64,000 nucleotides of DNA, taken from Escherichia coli (GTDB lineage Bacteria; Pseudomonadota; Gammaproteobacteria; Enterobacterales; Enterobacteriaceae). This document shows, in pieces, positions 55,385 through 64,000 of the stretch. The translations under genes were made by a program, and so were the position numbers. The notes under the pieces were generated by a model. It did no database searches and was not told where the DNA came from. It saw only the letters and a program-made list of their open reading frames with translations. The stretch is taken from the NCBI RefSeq assembly GCF_013315695.1, contig NZ_CP054353.1; one strand, 5' to 3'. Positions within the stretch are counted from its first letter, which is position 1. Every line of letters begins with the position of its first letter.

Positions 55385-55643
55385 CCTTCGCATCGCCGTA
55401 GGGTGACGCAAGGCGAAGTGCGAGCAAGGTCACAAAAGGCACGTTAATTTGCCCATTATTTACGCAAATTTGCGTGCCAAAATTTTCATTCATAAAGAAA
55501 AATTGAGAACTTACTCAAATTTCTTGGAGTGTAAATTTTAGTCACTATTTTCTAATATAATGATTTTTATGAGTAATTATCGCGCCAAGCTCATTTTAAA
55601 TGCAATTCTTTGATCCATCTCAGATGATTGGTCAAAGTTTGGC

Positions 55644-55690
55644 CTTTCATCTCGTGCAAAAAATGCGTAATATACGCCGCCTTGCAGTCA
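55644..55690 (+). promoter_or_regulatory. candidate dusB-fis promoter (-35 TTCATC, -10 TAATAT, GC-rich discriminator)
   Basis: Hexamers with 16-bp spacing and a GC-rich discriminator (ACGCCGCC) before dusB; consistent with the growth-rate-regulated fis promoter. Confidence 0.5.
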
Positions 55691-55712
55691 CAGTATGGTC
55701 ATTTCTTAACTC

Positions 55713-56678
55713 ATGCGCATCGGACAATATCAGCTCAGAAATCGCCTGATCGCAGCGCCCATGGCTGGCATTACAGACAGACCTTTTCGGACGTTGTGCT
55801 ACGAGATGGGAGCCGGATTGACAGTATCCGAGATGATGTCTTCTAACCCACAGGTTTGGGAAAGCGACAAATCTCGTTTACGGATGGTGCACATTGATGA
55901 ACCCGGTATTCGCACCGTGCAAATTGCTGGTAGCGATCCGAAAGAAATGGCAGATGCAGCACGTATTAACGTGGAAAGCGGTGCCCAGATTATTGATATC
56001 AATATGGGTTGCCCGGCTAAAAAAGTGAATCGCAAGCTCGCAGGTTCAGCCCTTTTGCAGTACCCGGATGTCGTTAAATCGATCCTAACCGAGGTCGTCA
56101 ATGCAGTGGACGTTCCTGTTACCCTGAAGATTCGCACTGGCTGGGCACCGGAACACCGTAACTGCGAAGAGATTGCCCAACTGGCTGAAGACTGTGGCAT
56201 TCAGGCTCTGACCATTCATGGCCGTACACGCGCCTGTTTGTTCAATGGAGAAGCTGAGTACGACAGTATTCGGGCAGTTAAGCAGAAAGTTTCCATTCCG
56301 GTTATCGCGAATGGCGACATTACTGACCCGCTTAAAGCCAGAGCTGTGCTCGACTATACAGGGGCCGATGCCCTGATGATAGGCCGCGCAGCTCAGGGAA
56401 GACCCTGGATCTTTCGGGAAATCCAGCATTATCTGGACACTGGGGAGTTGCTGCCCCCGCTGCCTTTGGCAGAGGTTAAGCGCTTGCTTTGCGCGCACGT
56501 TCGGGAACTGCATGACTTTTATGGTCCGGCAAAAGGGTACCGAATTGCACGTAAACACGTTTCCTGGTATCTCCAGGAACACGCTCCAAATGACCAGTTT
56601 CGGCGCACATTCAACGCCATTGAGGATGCCAGCGAACAGCTGGAGGCGTTGGAGGCATACTTCGAAAATTTTGCGTAA
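55713..56678 (+). CDS. dusB: tRNA-dihydrouridine synthase B
   Basis: 321-aa TIM-barrel flavoenzyme; co-operonic with fis. Confidence 0.95.
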   Translation: MRIGQYQLRNRLIAAPMAGITDRPFRTLCYEMGAGLTVSEMMSSNPQVWESDKSRLRMVHIDEPGIRTVQIAGSDPKEMADAARINVESGAQIIDINMGCPAKKVNRKLAGSALLQYPDVVKSILTEVVNAVDVPVTLKIRTGWAPEHRNCEEIAQLAEDCGIQALTIHGRTRACLFNGEAEYDSIRAVKQKVSIPVIANGDITDPLKARAVLDYTGADALMIGRAAQGRPWIFREIQHYLDTGELLPPLPLAEVKRLLCAHVRELHDFYGPAKGYRIARKHVSWYLQEHAPNDQFRRTFNAIEDASEQLEALEAYFENFA

Positions 56679-56703
56679 ACAGAAATAAAGAGCTGACAGA
56701 ACT

Positions 56704-57000
56704 ATGTTCGAACAACGCGTAAATTCTGACGTACTGACCGTTTCTACCGTTAACTCTCAGGATCAGGTAACCCAAAAACCCCTGCGTGACTCGGTTAAAC
56801 AGGCACTGAAGAACTATTTTGCTCAACTGAACGGTCAGGATGTGAATGACCTCTATGAGCTGGTACTGGCTGAAGTAGAACAGCCCCTGTTGGACATGGT
56901 GATGCAATACACCCGTGGTAACCAGACCCGTGCTGCGCTGATGATGGGCATCAACCGTGGTACGCTGCGTAAAAAATTGAAAAAATACGGCATGAACTAA
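56704..57000 (+). CDS. fis: nucleoid-associated protein Fis
   Basis: 98-aa ORF with C-terminal HTH ([27 protein letters not shown]). Confidence 0.98.
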
Positions 57001-57024
57001 TTCAGGTTAGCTAAATGCTTGATT

Positions 57025-57061
57025 AAAAAGGCGCTACTCGGCATGGGGAAGCGCCTTTTTT
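57025..57061 (+). terminator. rho-independent terminator after fis
   Basis: AAAAAGGCGC-loop-GCGCCTTTTTT hairpin. Confidence 0.8.
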
Positions 57062-57085
57062 ATAGGTGTCACAAAGGGAGTGACC

Positions 57086-57970
57086 ATGAGAACAGGATGT
57101 GAACCGACCCGATTTGGTAATGAAGCAAAGACCATCATCCAAGGTGATGCATTAACCGAACTTAAAAAGATCCCCGCCGAAAGTGTAGATCTGATCTTTG
57201 CCGACCCACCGTATAACATCGGTAAAAATTTTGATGGTCTGATCGAAGCCTGGAAAGAAGATCTGTTTATCGACTGGCTGTTTGAAGTGATTGCAGAGTG
57301 CCACCGCGTTCTGAAAAAGCAGGGCAGCATGTACATCATGAACAGCACGGAAAACATGCCCTTTATCGATCTCCAGTGCCGCAAGCTTTTTACCATCAAA
57401 AGTCGCATCGTCTGGTCATATGACAGTTCTGGAGTGCAGGCGAAAAAACACTACGGCTCCATGTACGAACCCATCCTGATGATGGTGAAAGACGCAAAGA
57501 ACTACACGTTCAACGGTGATGCTATTCTGGTAGAAGCCAAAACCGGATCGCAGCGCGCGTTGATCGATTATCGCAAAAATCCTCCACAGCCTTACAATCA
57601 TCAAAAAGTACCGGGTAACGTCTGGGATTTTCCGCGCGTGCGTTATTTGATGGATGAATATGAGAATCACCCGACGCAAAAACCGGAAGCCTTACTGAAA
57701 CGCATTATTCTCGCCTCTTCCAACCCAGGCGATATCGTTCTCGACCCGTTTGCCGGTAGCTTTACTACCGGTGCCGTAGCCGCCGCCAGCGGGCGAAAAT
57801 TCATTGGTATTGAGATCAACAGCGAGTACATCAAAATGGGGCTTCGACGGCTGGATGTCGCGTCGCATTACTCTGCGGAAGAACTGGCGAAAGTGAAAAA
57901 AAGAAAGACCGGCAACCTGTCAAAACGAAGCCGGTTAAGCGAAGTTGACCCCGATCTCATTGCAAAGTAA
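57086..57970 (+). CDS. yhdJ: DNA adenine methyltransferase YhdJ
   Basis: 294-aa N6-MTase with DPPY motif and SAM-binding motif near the C-terminus. Confidence 0.92.
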   Translation: MRTGCEPTRFGNEAKTIIQGDALTELKKIPAESVDLIFADPPYNIGKNFDGLIEAWKEDLFIDWLFEVIAECHRVLKKQGSMYIMNSTENMPFIDLQCRKLFTIKSRIVWSYDSSGVQAKKHYGSMYEPILMMVKDAKNYTFNGDAILVEAKTGSQRALIDYRKNPPQPYNHQKVPGNVWDFPRVRYLMDEYENHPTQKPEALLKRIILASSNPGDIVLDPFAGSFTTGAVAAASGRKFIGIEINSEYIKMGLRRLDVASHYSAEELAKVKKRKTGNLSKRSRLSEVDPDLIAK

Positions 57971-58053
57971 AGGAAGTGTAAGCCTGGTTTTCAGATTATT
58001 CATTTCGTGTATATTTCCTGCCAGACTTGGTTAAACATGCACAGGCTCAGGTA

Positions 58054-58233
58054 ATGATTCGCAAGTATTGGTGGCTCGTCGTTTTCGCTGTCTTCGTTTT
58101 TCTGTTTGATACTTTACTGATGCAGTGGATTGAACTGCTGGCAACAGAAACAGACAAATGCCGCAATATGAACTCAGTTAATCCACTAAAACTGGTTAAC
58201 TGTGACGAACTGAATTTTCAGGACAGAATGTGA
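58054..58233 (+). CDS. yhdU: small membrane protein YhdU
   Basis: 59-aa ORF with one TM helix (MIRKYWWLVVFAVFVFLF). Confidence 0.7.
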   Translation: MIRKYWWLVVFAVFVFLFDTLLMQWIELLATETDKCRNMNSVNPLKLVNCDELNFQDRM

Positions 58234-58235
58234 AT

Positions 58236-58898
58236 TTATATGACACTTAATTCATTCGTTTGATGAATTAATTTCGTTATGTTTTCATCTGGCATGAACA
58301 TTCTTAATACGTTATCGACCAGTGCGGGTGCTTGTTTATAAAGATCATAACCCGCCATATTCATTAACCAGTTTTGAACAATTCCGCTGAAGGCACCATC
58401 AATAATAATCATCACAACATCTAAATCGAGATTATTTGCTATACAACCTTGTTGCTGACATGCCTGCAATACTTCGCGGAGAGTCTGCGGATTAAAGCCC
58501 ATCTTTTCGCGTATCACTCCCTCTGCCAGCATCTCATCATTAAATTCACATTTGTGATATAAGATTTTCAGCAACGCCTGCTGGCGGGGAATTTTGGCAA
58601 TATATTGCAAGCCAACAATCAATTTTTCACGCAATTGCTGAAACGGGTCATGCTCTAACCCAGCAGTCAAGTGATCCTGGATTAACTCCCGCAATGAAGG
58701 CTGTTGCAACCACATCTCATTAAACAGTTGGGTCTTGTTCTCGAAGTGCCAGTAGATAGCGCCACGCGTAACGTTAGCGGCGTCGGCAATGTCGTTGAGC
58801 GTCGTCTTGCTTACGCCATGCTGCGCAAACTGGGCGATGGCAGTTTCAATCAGTTCTTGCCGGGTCTTCAGAGCTTCGGCTTTGGTTCTTTTTGCCAT
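58236..58898 (-). CDS. acrS: TetR-family repressor AcrS (EnvR)
   Basis: 220-aa TetR-type regulator; divergent from acrE. Confidence 0.93.
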   Translation of the reverse strand: MAKRTKAEALKTRQELIETAIAQFAQHGVSKTTLNDIADAANVTRGAIYWHFENKTQLFNEMWLQQPSLRELIQDHLTAGLEHDPFQQLREKLIVGLQYIAKIPRQQALLKILYHKCEFNDEMLAEGVIREKMGFNPQTLREVLQACQQQGCIANNLDLDVVMIIIDGAFSGIVQNWLMNMAGYDLYKQAPALVDNVLRMFMPDENITKLIHQTNELSVI

Positions 58899-59296
58899 GA
58901 TTAATTATTCAGGAAATAAATATATTCGACACAGAGTGAGAAAATAGCGAAGGTTAATCTATCACCTAATGTGTATTTATACGAGAGGCTAATATTGAGT
59001 TGCTATAAATCGTTAAATAAATAATATATATTATTTACCTAAGATACATTCACTACATCAATATATATTTCAATTTACGAGGATTTGATTCTACCTCTTT
59101 CAACCCGCGTCAAAATAAAACAGTAGAATATTAATCTTTTTTTGTGTTTATGTGCCTTGAGACGCCAGTATTCATAACTATTCCTTACATCGACGAATGA
59201 TAATTTGTAGGATAGCGAACTGTATTTTTCTTTCTGCGAGTTAACGCGTTGCCTTTTTGGGTAAATAACGCGCTTTTGGTTTTTTGAGGAATAGTA

Positions 59297-60454
59297 ATGA
59301 CGAAACATGCCAGGTTTTTCCTCCTGCCCTCCTTTATTCTGATCTCCGCGGCTTTAATCGCCGGTTGTAACGATAAGGGAGAAGAGAAAGCTCACGTCGG
59401 TGAACCGCAGGTTACCGTTCATATTGTGAAAACGGCCCCGTTAGAAGTTAAGACTGAATTACCAGGCCGCACCAATGCTTACCGTATAGCCGAAGTTCGC
59501 CCACAGGTTAGCGGGATCGTACTGAGTCGCAATTTCACTGAAGGCAGCGATGTGCAAGCAGGCCAGTCTCTGTACCAGATCGATCCCGCGACCTATCAGG
59601 CAAGTTATGACAGCGCGAAAGGCGAACTGGCGAAAAGTGAAGCCGCCGCCGCCATCGCGCATTTGACGGTAAAACGTTACGTTCCGCTCGTGGGTACGAA
59701 ATACATCAGTCAGCAGGAGTACGACCAGGCCATTGCTGATGCTCGCCAGGCCGATGCCGCCGTGATTGCCGCAAAAGCCACAGTCGAAAGCGCTCGCATC
59801 AATCTCGCTTATACCAAAGTGACTGCGCCAATTAGCGGACGTATCGGCAAATCGACTGTGACCGAAGGCGCTCTTGTCACTAATGGGCAAACGACTGAAC
59901 TGGCGACTGTCCAGCAGCTCGATCCTATCTACGTTGATGTGACCCAATCCAGCAACGATTTTATGAGGCTGAAGCAATCCGTAGAGCAAGGAAATTTGCA
60001 TAAGGAAAACGCCACCAGCAACGTAGAGTTGGTCATGGAGAACGGTCAAACCTATCCCCTGAAAGGTACGCTGCAATTCTCCGATGTGACCGTTGATGAA
60101 AGCACCGGCTCCATAACCCTACGTGCTGTCTTCCCTAACCCGCAACATACGCTTTTGCCGGGTATGTTTGTGCGCGCACGGATTGATGAAGGCGTCCAAC
60201 CTGACGCCATTCTTATCCCGCAACAAGGCGTTAGCCGCACACCACGTGGTGCTGCAACCGTGCTGATTGTTAACAATAAAAGTCAGGTTGAAGCGCGCCC
60301 TGTCGTTGCCAGTCAGGCGATTGGCGATAAGTGGTTGATTAGCGAAGGTCTGAAATCTGGCGATCAAGTCATTGTCAGCGGCCTGCAAAAAGCGCGTCCG
60401 GGAGAGCAGGTTAAAGCCACTACCGATACCCCCGCAGATACTGCATCGAAGTAA
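59297..60454 (+). CDS. acrE: RND efflux membrane fusion protein AcrE
   Basis: 385-aa lipoprotein with a Cys in the signal peptide (LIAGC). Confidence 0.95.
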   Translation: MTKHARFFLLPSFILISAALIAGCNDKGEEKAHVGEPQVTVHIVKTAPLEVKTELPGRTNAYRIAEVRPQVSGIVLSRNFTEGSDVQAGQSLYQIDPATYQASYDSAKGELAKSEAAAAIAHLTVKRYVPLVGTKYISQQEYDQAIADARQADAAVIAAKATVESARINLAYTKVTAPISGRIGKSTVTEGALVTNGQTTELATVQQLDPIYVDVTQSSNDFMRLKQSVEQGNLHKENATSNVELVMENGQTYPLKGTLQFSDVTVDESTGSITLRAVFPNPQHTLLPGMFVRARIDEGVQPDAILIPQQGVSRTPRGAATVLIVNNKSQVEARPVVASQAIGDKWLISEGLKSGDQVIVSGLQKARPGEQVKATTDTPADTASK

Positions 60455-60465
60455 GGTAATCTGAC

Positions 60466-63246
60466 ATGGCAAACTTTTTTATTCGACGACCGATATTTGC
60501 ATGGGTGCTGGCCATTATTCTGATGATGGCGGGCGCACTGGCGATCCTACAATTGCCCGTCGCTCAGTATCCAACCATTGCACCGCCTGCGGTTTCTGTT
60601 TCAGCAAACTATCCGGGCGCTGATGCGCAGACTGTGCAGGATACGGTGACGCAGGTTATCGAACAGAATATGAACGGTATCGATAACCTGATGTATATGT
60701 CCTCCACCAGCGATTCCGCCGGTAGCGTGACAATTACCCTTACCTTCCAGTCCGGGACCGATCCTGATATCGCGCAAGTGCAGGTGCAGAACAAACACCA
60801 GCTCGCCACGCCGTTGCTGCCGCAGGAGGTTCAGCAGCAGGGGATCAGTGTTGAAAAGTCCAGTAGCAGCTATTTGATGGTGGCGGGCTTTGTCTCTGAT
60901 AACCCAGGCACCACACAGGACGATATCTCGGACTATGTGGCCTCTAACGTTAAAGATACGCTTAGCCGTCTGAATGGCGTCGGTGACGTACAGCTTTTCG
61001 GCGCACAGTATGCGATGCGTATCTGGCTGGACGCCGATCTGCTAAACAAATATAAACTGACACCGGTTGATGTGATTAACCAGTTGAAGGTACAGAACGA
61101 TCAGATCGCTGCCGGACAGTTGGGCGGAACGCCAGCGTTACCAGGGCAACAGTTGAACGCCTCGATTATTGCTCAGACGCGGTTAAAAAATCCGGAAGAA
61201 TTCGGCAAAGTGACCTTGCGCGTAAACAGTGACGGCTCGGTGGTACGCCTGAAAGATGTCGCACGGGTTGAACTTGGCGGTGAAAACTATAACGTTATCG
61301 CTCGCATCAACGATAAACCGGCGGCGGGCCTGGGTATTAAGCTGGCAACCGGCGCGAATGCTCTCGATACCGCGAAAGCCATTAAGGCAAAACTGGCGGA
61401 ATTACAGCCATTCTTCCCGCAGGGAATGAAGGTTCTCTACCCTTATGACACCACACCATTCGTCCAGCTTTCTATTCACGAAGTGGTAAAAACGCTGTTC
61501 GAAGCCATTATGCTGGTGTTCCTGGTGATGTATCTGTTCTTGCAGAATATGCGAGCAACGCTGATCCCCACCATTGCGGTACCCGTGGTGTTGTTAGGGA
61601 CGTTTGCCATCCTCGCCGCTTTTGGTTACTCCATCAACACACTAACGATGTTCGGGATGGTGCTTGCCATCGGGCTGCTCGTCGATGATGCGATAGTGGT
61701 GGTGGAGAACGTCGAGCGCGTGATGATGGAGGATAAGCTCCCGCCAAAAGAAGCGACGGAAAAATCGATGTCGCAAATTCAGGGCGCACTGGTGGGTATC
61801 GCGATGGTGCTGTCAGCGGTATTTATTCCAATGGCATTCTTCGGCGGTTCTACTGGGGCAATTTACCGCCAGTTCTCTATCACCATCGTTTCGGCAATGG
61901 CGCTTTCTGTTCTGGTGGCATTGATTCTTACCCCAGCGTTATGTGCAACACTGCTCAAACCCGTCTCTGCTGAGCATCACGAAAATAAGGGCGGTTTCTT
62001 CGGCTGGTTTAATACCACCTTCGATCATAGCGTTAACCACTACACCAACAGCGTCGGCAAAATCCTCGGTTCCACAGGACGATATTTACTGATCTATGCA
62101 CTAATTGTTGCTGGAATGGTGGTGTTGTTTTTACGTCTTCCGTCTTCCTTCTTACCTGAAGAGGATCAGGGAGTCTTTCTGACTATGATTCAGTTACCCG
62201 CTGGCGCGACGCAAGAGCGGACGCAAAAAGTGTTGGATCAAGTGACGGATTACTATCTGAAGAACGAGAAAGCGAACGTAGAAAGTGTCTTTACGGTTAA
62301 CGGCTTTAGCTTCAGCGGCCAGGCACAAAACGCCGGTATGGCCTTCGTCAGTCTGAAACCGTGGGAAGAGCGTAGTGGTGACGAAAACAGTGCGGAAGCG
62401 GTAATCCATCGTGCCAAAATGGAATTGGGCAAGATCCGCGACGGTTTTGTCATTCCATTCAATATGCCAGCCATTGTTGAACTGGGCACGGCAACGGGTT
62501 TCGACTTTGAGTTAATTGATCAGGCTGGGCTGGGTCACGATGCCCTGACCCAGGCCCGTAACCAGTTGCTTGGCATGGCGGCGCAACATCCTGCCAGCTT
62601 AGTCAGCGTGCGTCCTAATGGTCTGGAAGACACCGCGCAGTTTAAACTGGAAGTTGACCAGGAAAAGGCGCAGGCATTAGGTGTTTCACTTTCTGACATC
62701 AATCAGACCATTTCAACGGCGTTGGGTGGGACTTACGTTAACGACTTCATTGACCGTGGTCGCGTGAAAAAGGTGTATGTTCAGGCGGATGCCAAATTCC
62801 GTATGCTGCCAGAAGATGTCGATAAACTTTATGTCCGCAGCGCCAACGGCGAAATGGTGCCATTCTCTGCCTTTACCACTGCACATTGGGTGTATGGCTC
62901 TCCGCGACTGGAGCGCTACAACGGTCTGCCGTCAATGGAGATTCAGGGGGAAGCCGCGCCAGGAACCAGTTCCGGCGATGCCATGGCGTTGATGGAAAAC
63001 ATTGCGTCAAAATTACCGGCGGGCATTGGTTATGACTGGACGGGTATGTCATATCAGGAACGTTTATCGGGAAACCAGGCTCCCGCTCTGGTAGCAATTT
63101 CCTTTGAGGTTGTTTTCCTGTGCCTTGCTGCACTCTATGAAAGCTGGTCAATTCCTGTCTCGGTTATGTTGGTCGTGCCGTTAGGGATTGTCGGCGTGCT
63201 ACTGGCGGCAACACTCTTTAATCAAAAAAATGACGTCTACTTTATG
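60466..63246 (+). pseudogene. acrF: RND efflux transporter AcrF, truncated at codon ~927 by IS1
   Basis: AcrB-family ORF ([20 protein letters not shown]...) runs into the IS1 left inverted repeat at 63247 and stops inside it; full length expected about 1034 aa. Confidence 0.88.
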
Positions 63247-63301
63247 GGTGATGCTGCCAACTTACTGATTTAGTGTATGATGGTGTTTTTGAGGTGCTCC
63301 A

Positions 63302-63577
63302 GTGGCTTCTGTTTCTATCAGCTGTCCCTCCTGTTCAGCTACTGACGGGGTGGTGCGTAACGGCAAAAGCACCGCCGGACATCAGCGCTATCTCTGCTCT
63401 CACTGCCGTAAAACATGGCAACTGCAGTTCACTTACACCGCTTCTCAACCCGGTACGCACCAGAAAATCATTGATATGGCCATGAATGGCGTTGGATGCC
63501 GGGCAACAGCCCGCATTATGGGCGTTGGCCTCAACACGATTTTACGTCACTTAAAAAACTCAGGCCGCAGTCGGTAA
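63302..63577 (+). CDS. insA: IS1 InsA
   Basis: Protein identical to the insA of the first copy. Confidence 0.9.
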
Positions 63578-63999
63578 CCTCGCGCATACAGCCGGGCAGT
63601 GACGTCATCGTCTGCGCGGAAATGGACGAACAGTGGGGCTATGTCGGGGCTAAATCGCGCCAGCGCTGGCTGTTTTACGCGTATGACAGGCTCCGGAAGA
63701 CGGTTGTTGCGCACGTATTCGGTGAACGCACTATGGCGACGCTGGGGCGTCTTATGAGCCTGCTGTCACCCTTTGACGTGGTGATATGGATGACGGATGG
63801 CTGGCCGCTGTATGAATCCCGCCTGAAGGGAAAGCTGCACGTAATCAGCAAGCGATATACGCAGCGAATTGAGCGGCATAACCTGAATCTGAGGCAGCAC
63901 CTGGCACGGCTGGGACGGAAGTCGCTGTCGTTCTCAAAATCGGTGGAGCTGCATGACAAAGTCATCGGGCATTATCTGAACATAAAACACTATCAATAA
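63496..63999 (+). CDS. insB: IS1 InsB frame
   Basis: Protein identical to the insB of the first copy. Confidence 0.85.
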
Positions 64000-64000
64000 G

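Larger units (their letters stand above)
63247..64000 (+). mobile_element. IS1: IS1, second copy, same orientation as the first (last ~14 bp beyond the window)
   Basis: Identical left inverted repeat and insA/insB ORFs; the window ends 14 bp before the expected right end. Confidence 0.95.

Noticed and set aside
59075-59308. 77-aa minus-strand ORF in the acrS-acrE intergenic region
   Set aside because: Lies in the AT-rich divergent promoter region with a Lys/Arg-rich low-complexity translation; more likely promoter DNA than a gene.

Overview
This window is an Escherichia coli (or Shigella) chromosomal segment running from the 3' end of gltB to acrF, largely collinear with the K-12 gene order as I recall it. 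Core genes read from the sequence are gltB (partial), gltD, a yhcG-like gene, yhcH-nanKETA, nanR, dcuD, sspBA, rpsI-rplM, zapE, yhcB, degQ, degS, mdh, argR, yhcN, yhcO, aaeBAX, aaeR, tldD, yhdP, rng, yhdE, mreDCB, csrD, acuI, accBC, yhdT, panF, prmA, dusB, fis, yhdJ, yhdU, acrS, acrE and acrF. Six departures from that backbone stand out. (1) An ~8.5 kb islet sits between accC and yhdT, encoding a ribose-type ABC importer, two paralogous PfkB sugar kinases, a GatY/KbaY-like class II aldolase, a DeoR regulator and a mutarotase-like protein; this is the best candidate for a poorly described catabolic system. (2) An IS1 copy interrupts dcuD with a 9-bp target duplication. (3) A second IS1 in the same orientation truncates acrF at the window end. 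(4) gltF and the yhcA-F fimbrial genes are absent between gltD and yhcG. (5) The yhcG-like gene is frameshifted by an apparent 41-bp palindrome-bearing insertion, one of three related palindromes. (6) An uncharacterised 276-aa ORF lies between acuI and accB. No tRNA, rRNA or CRISPR array was found. All product calls rest on reading the translated ORFs against remembered protein families; no database search was run.
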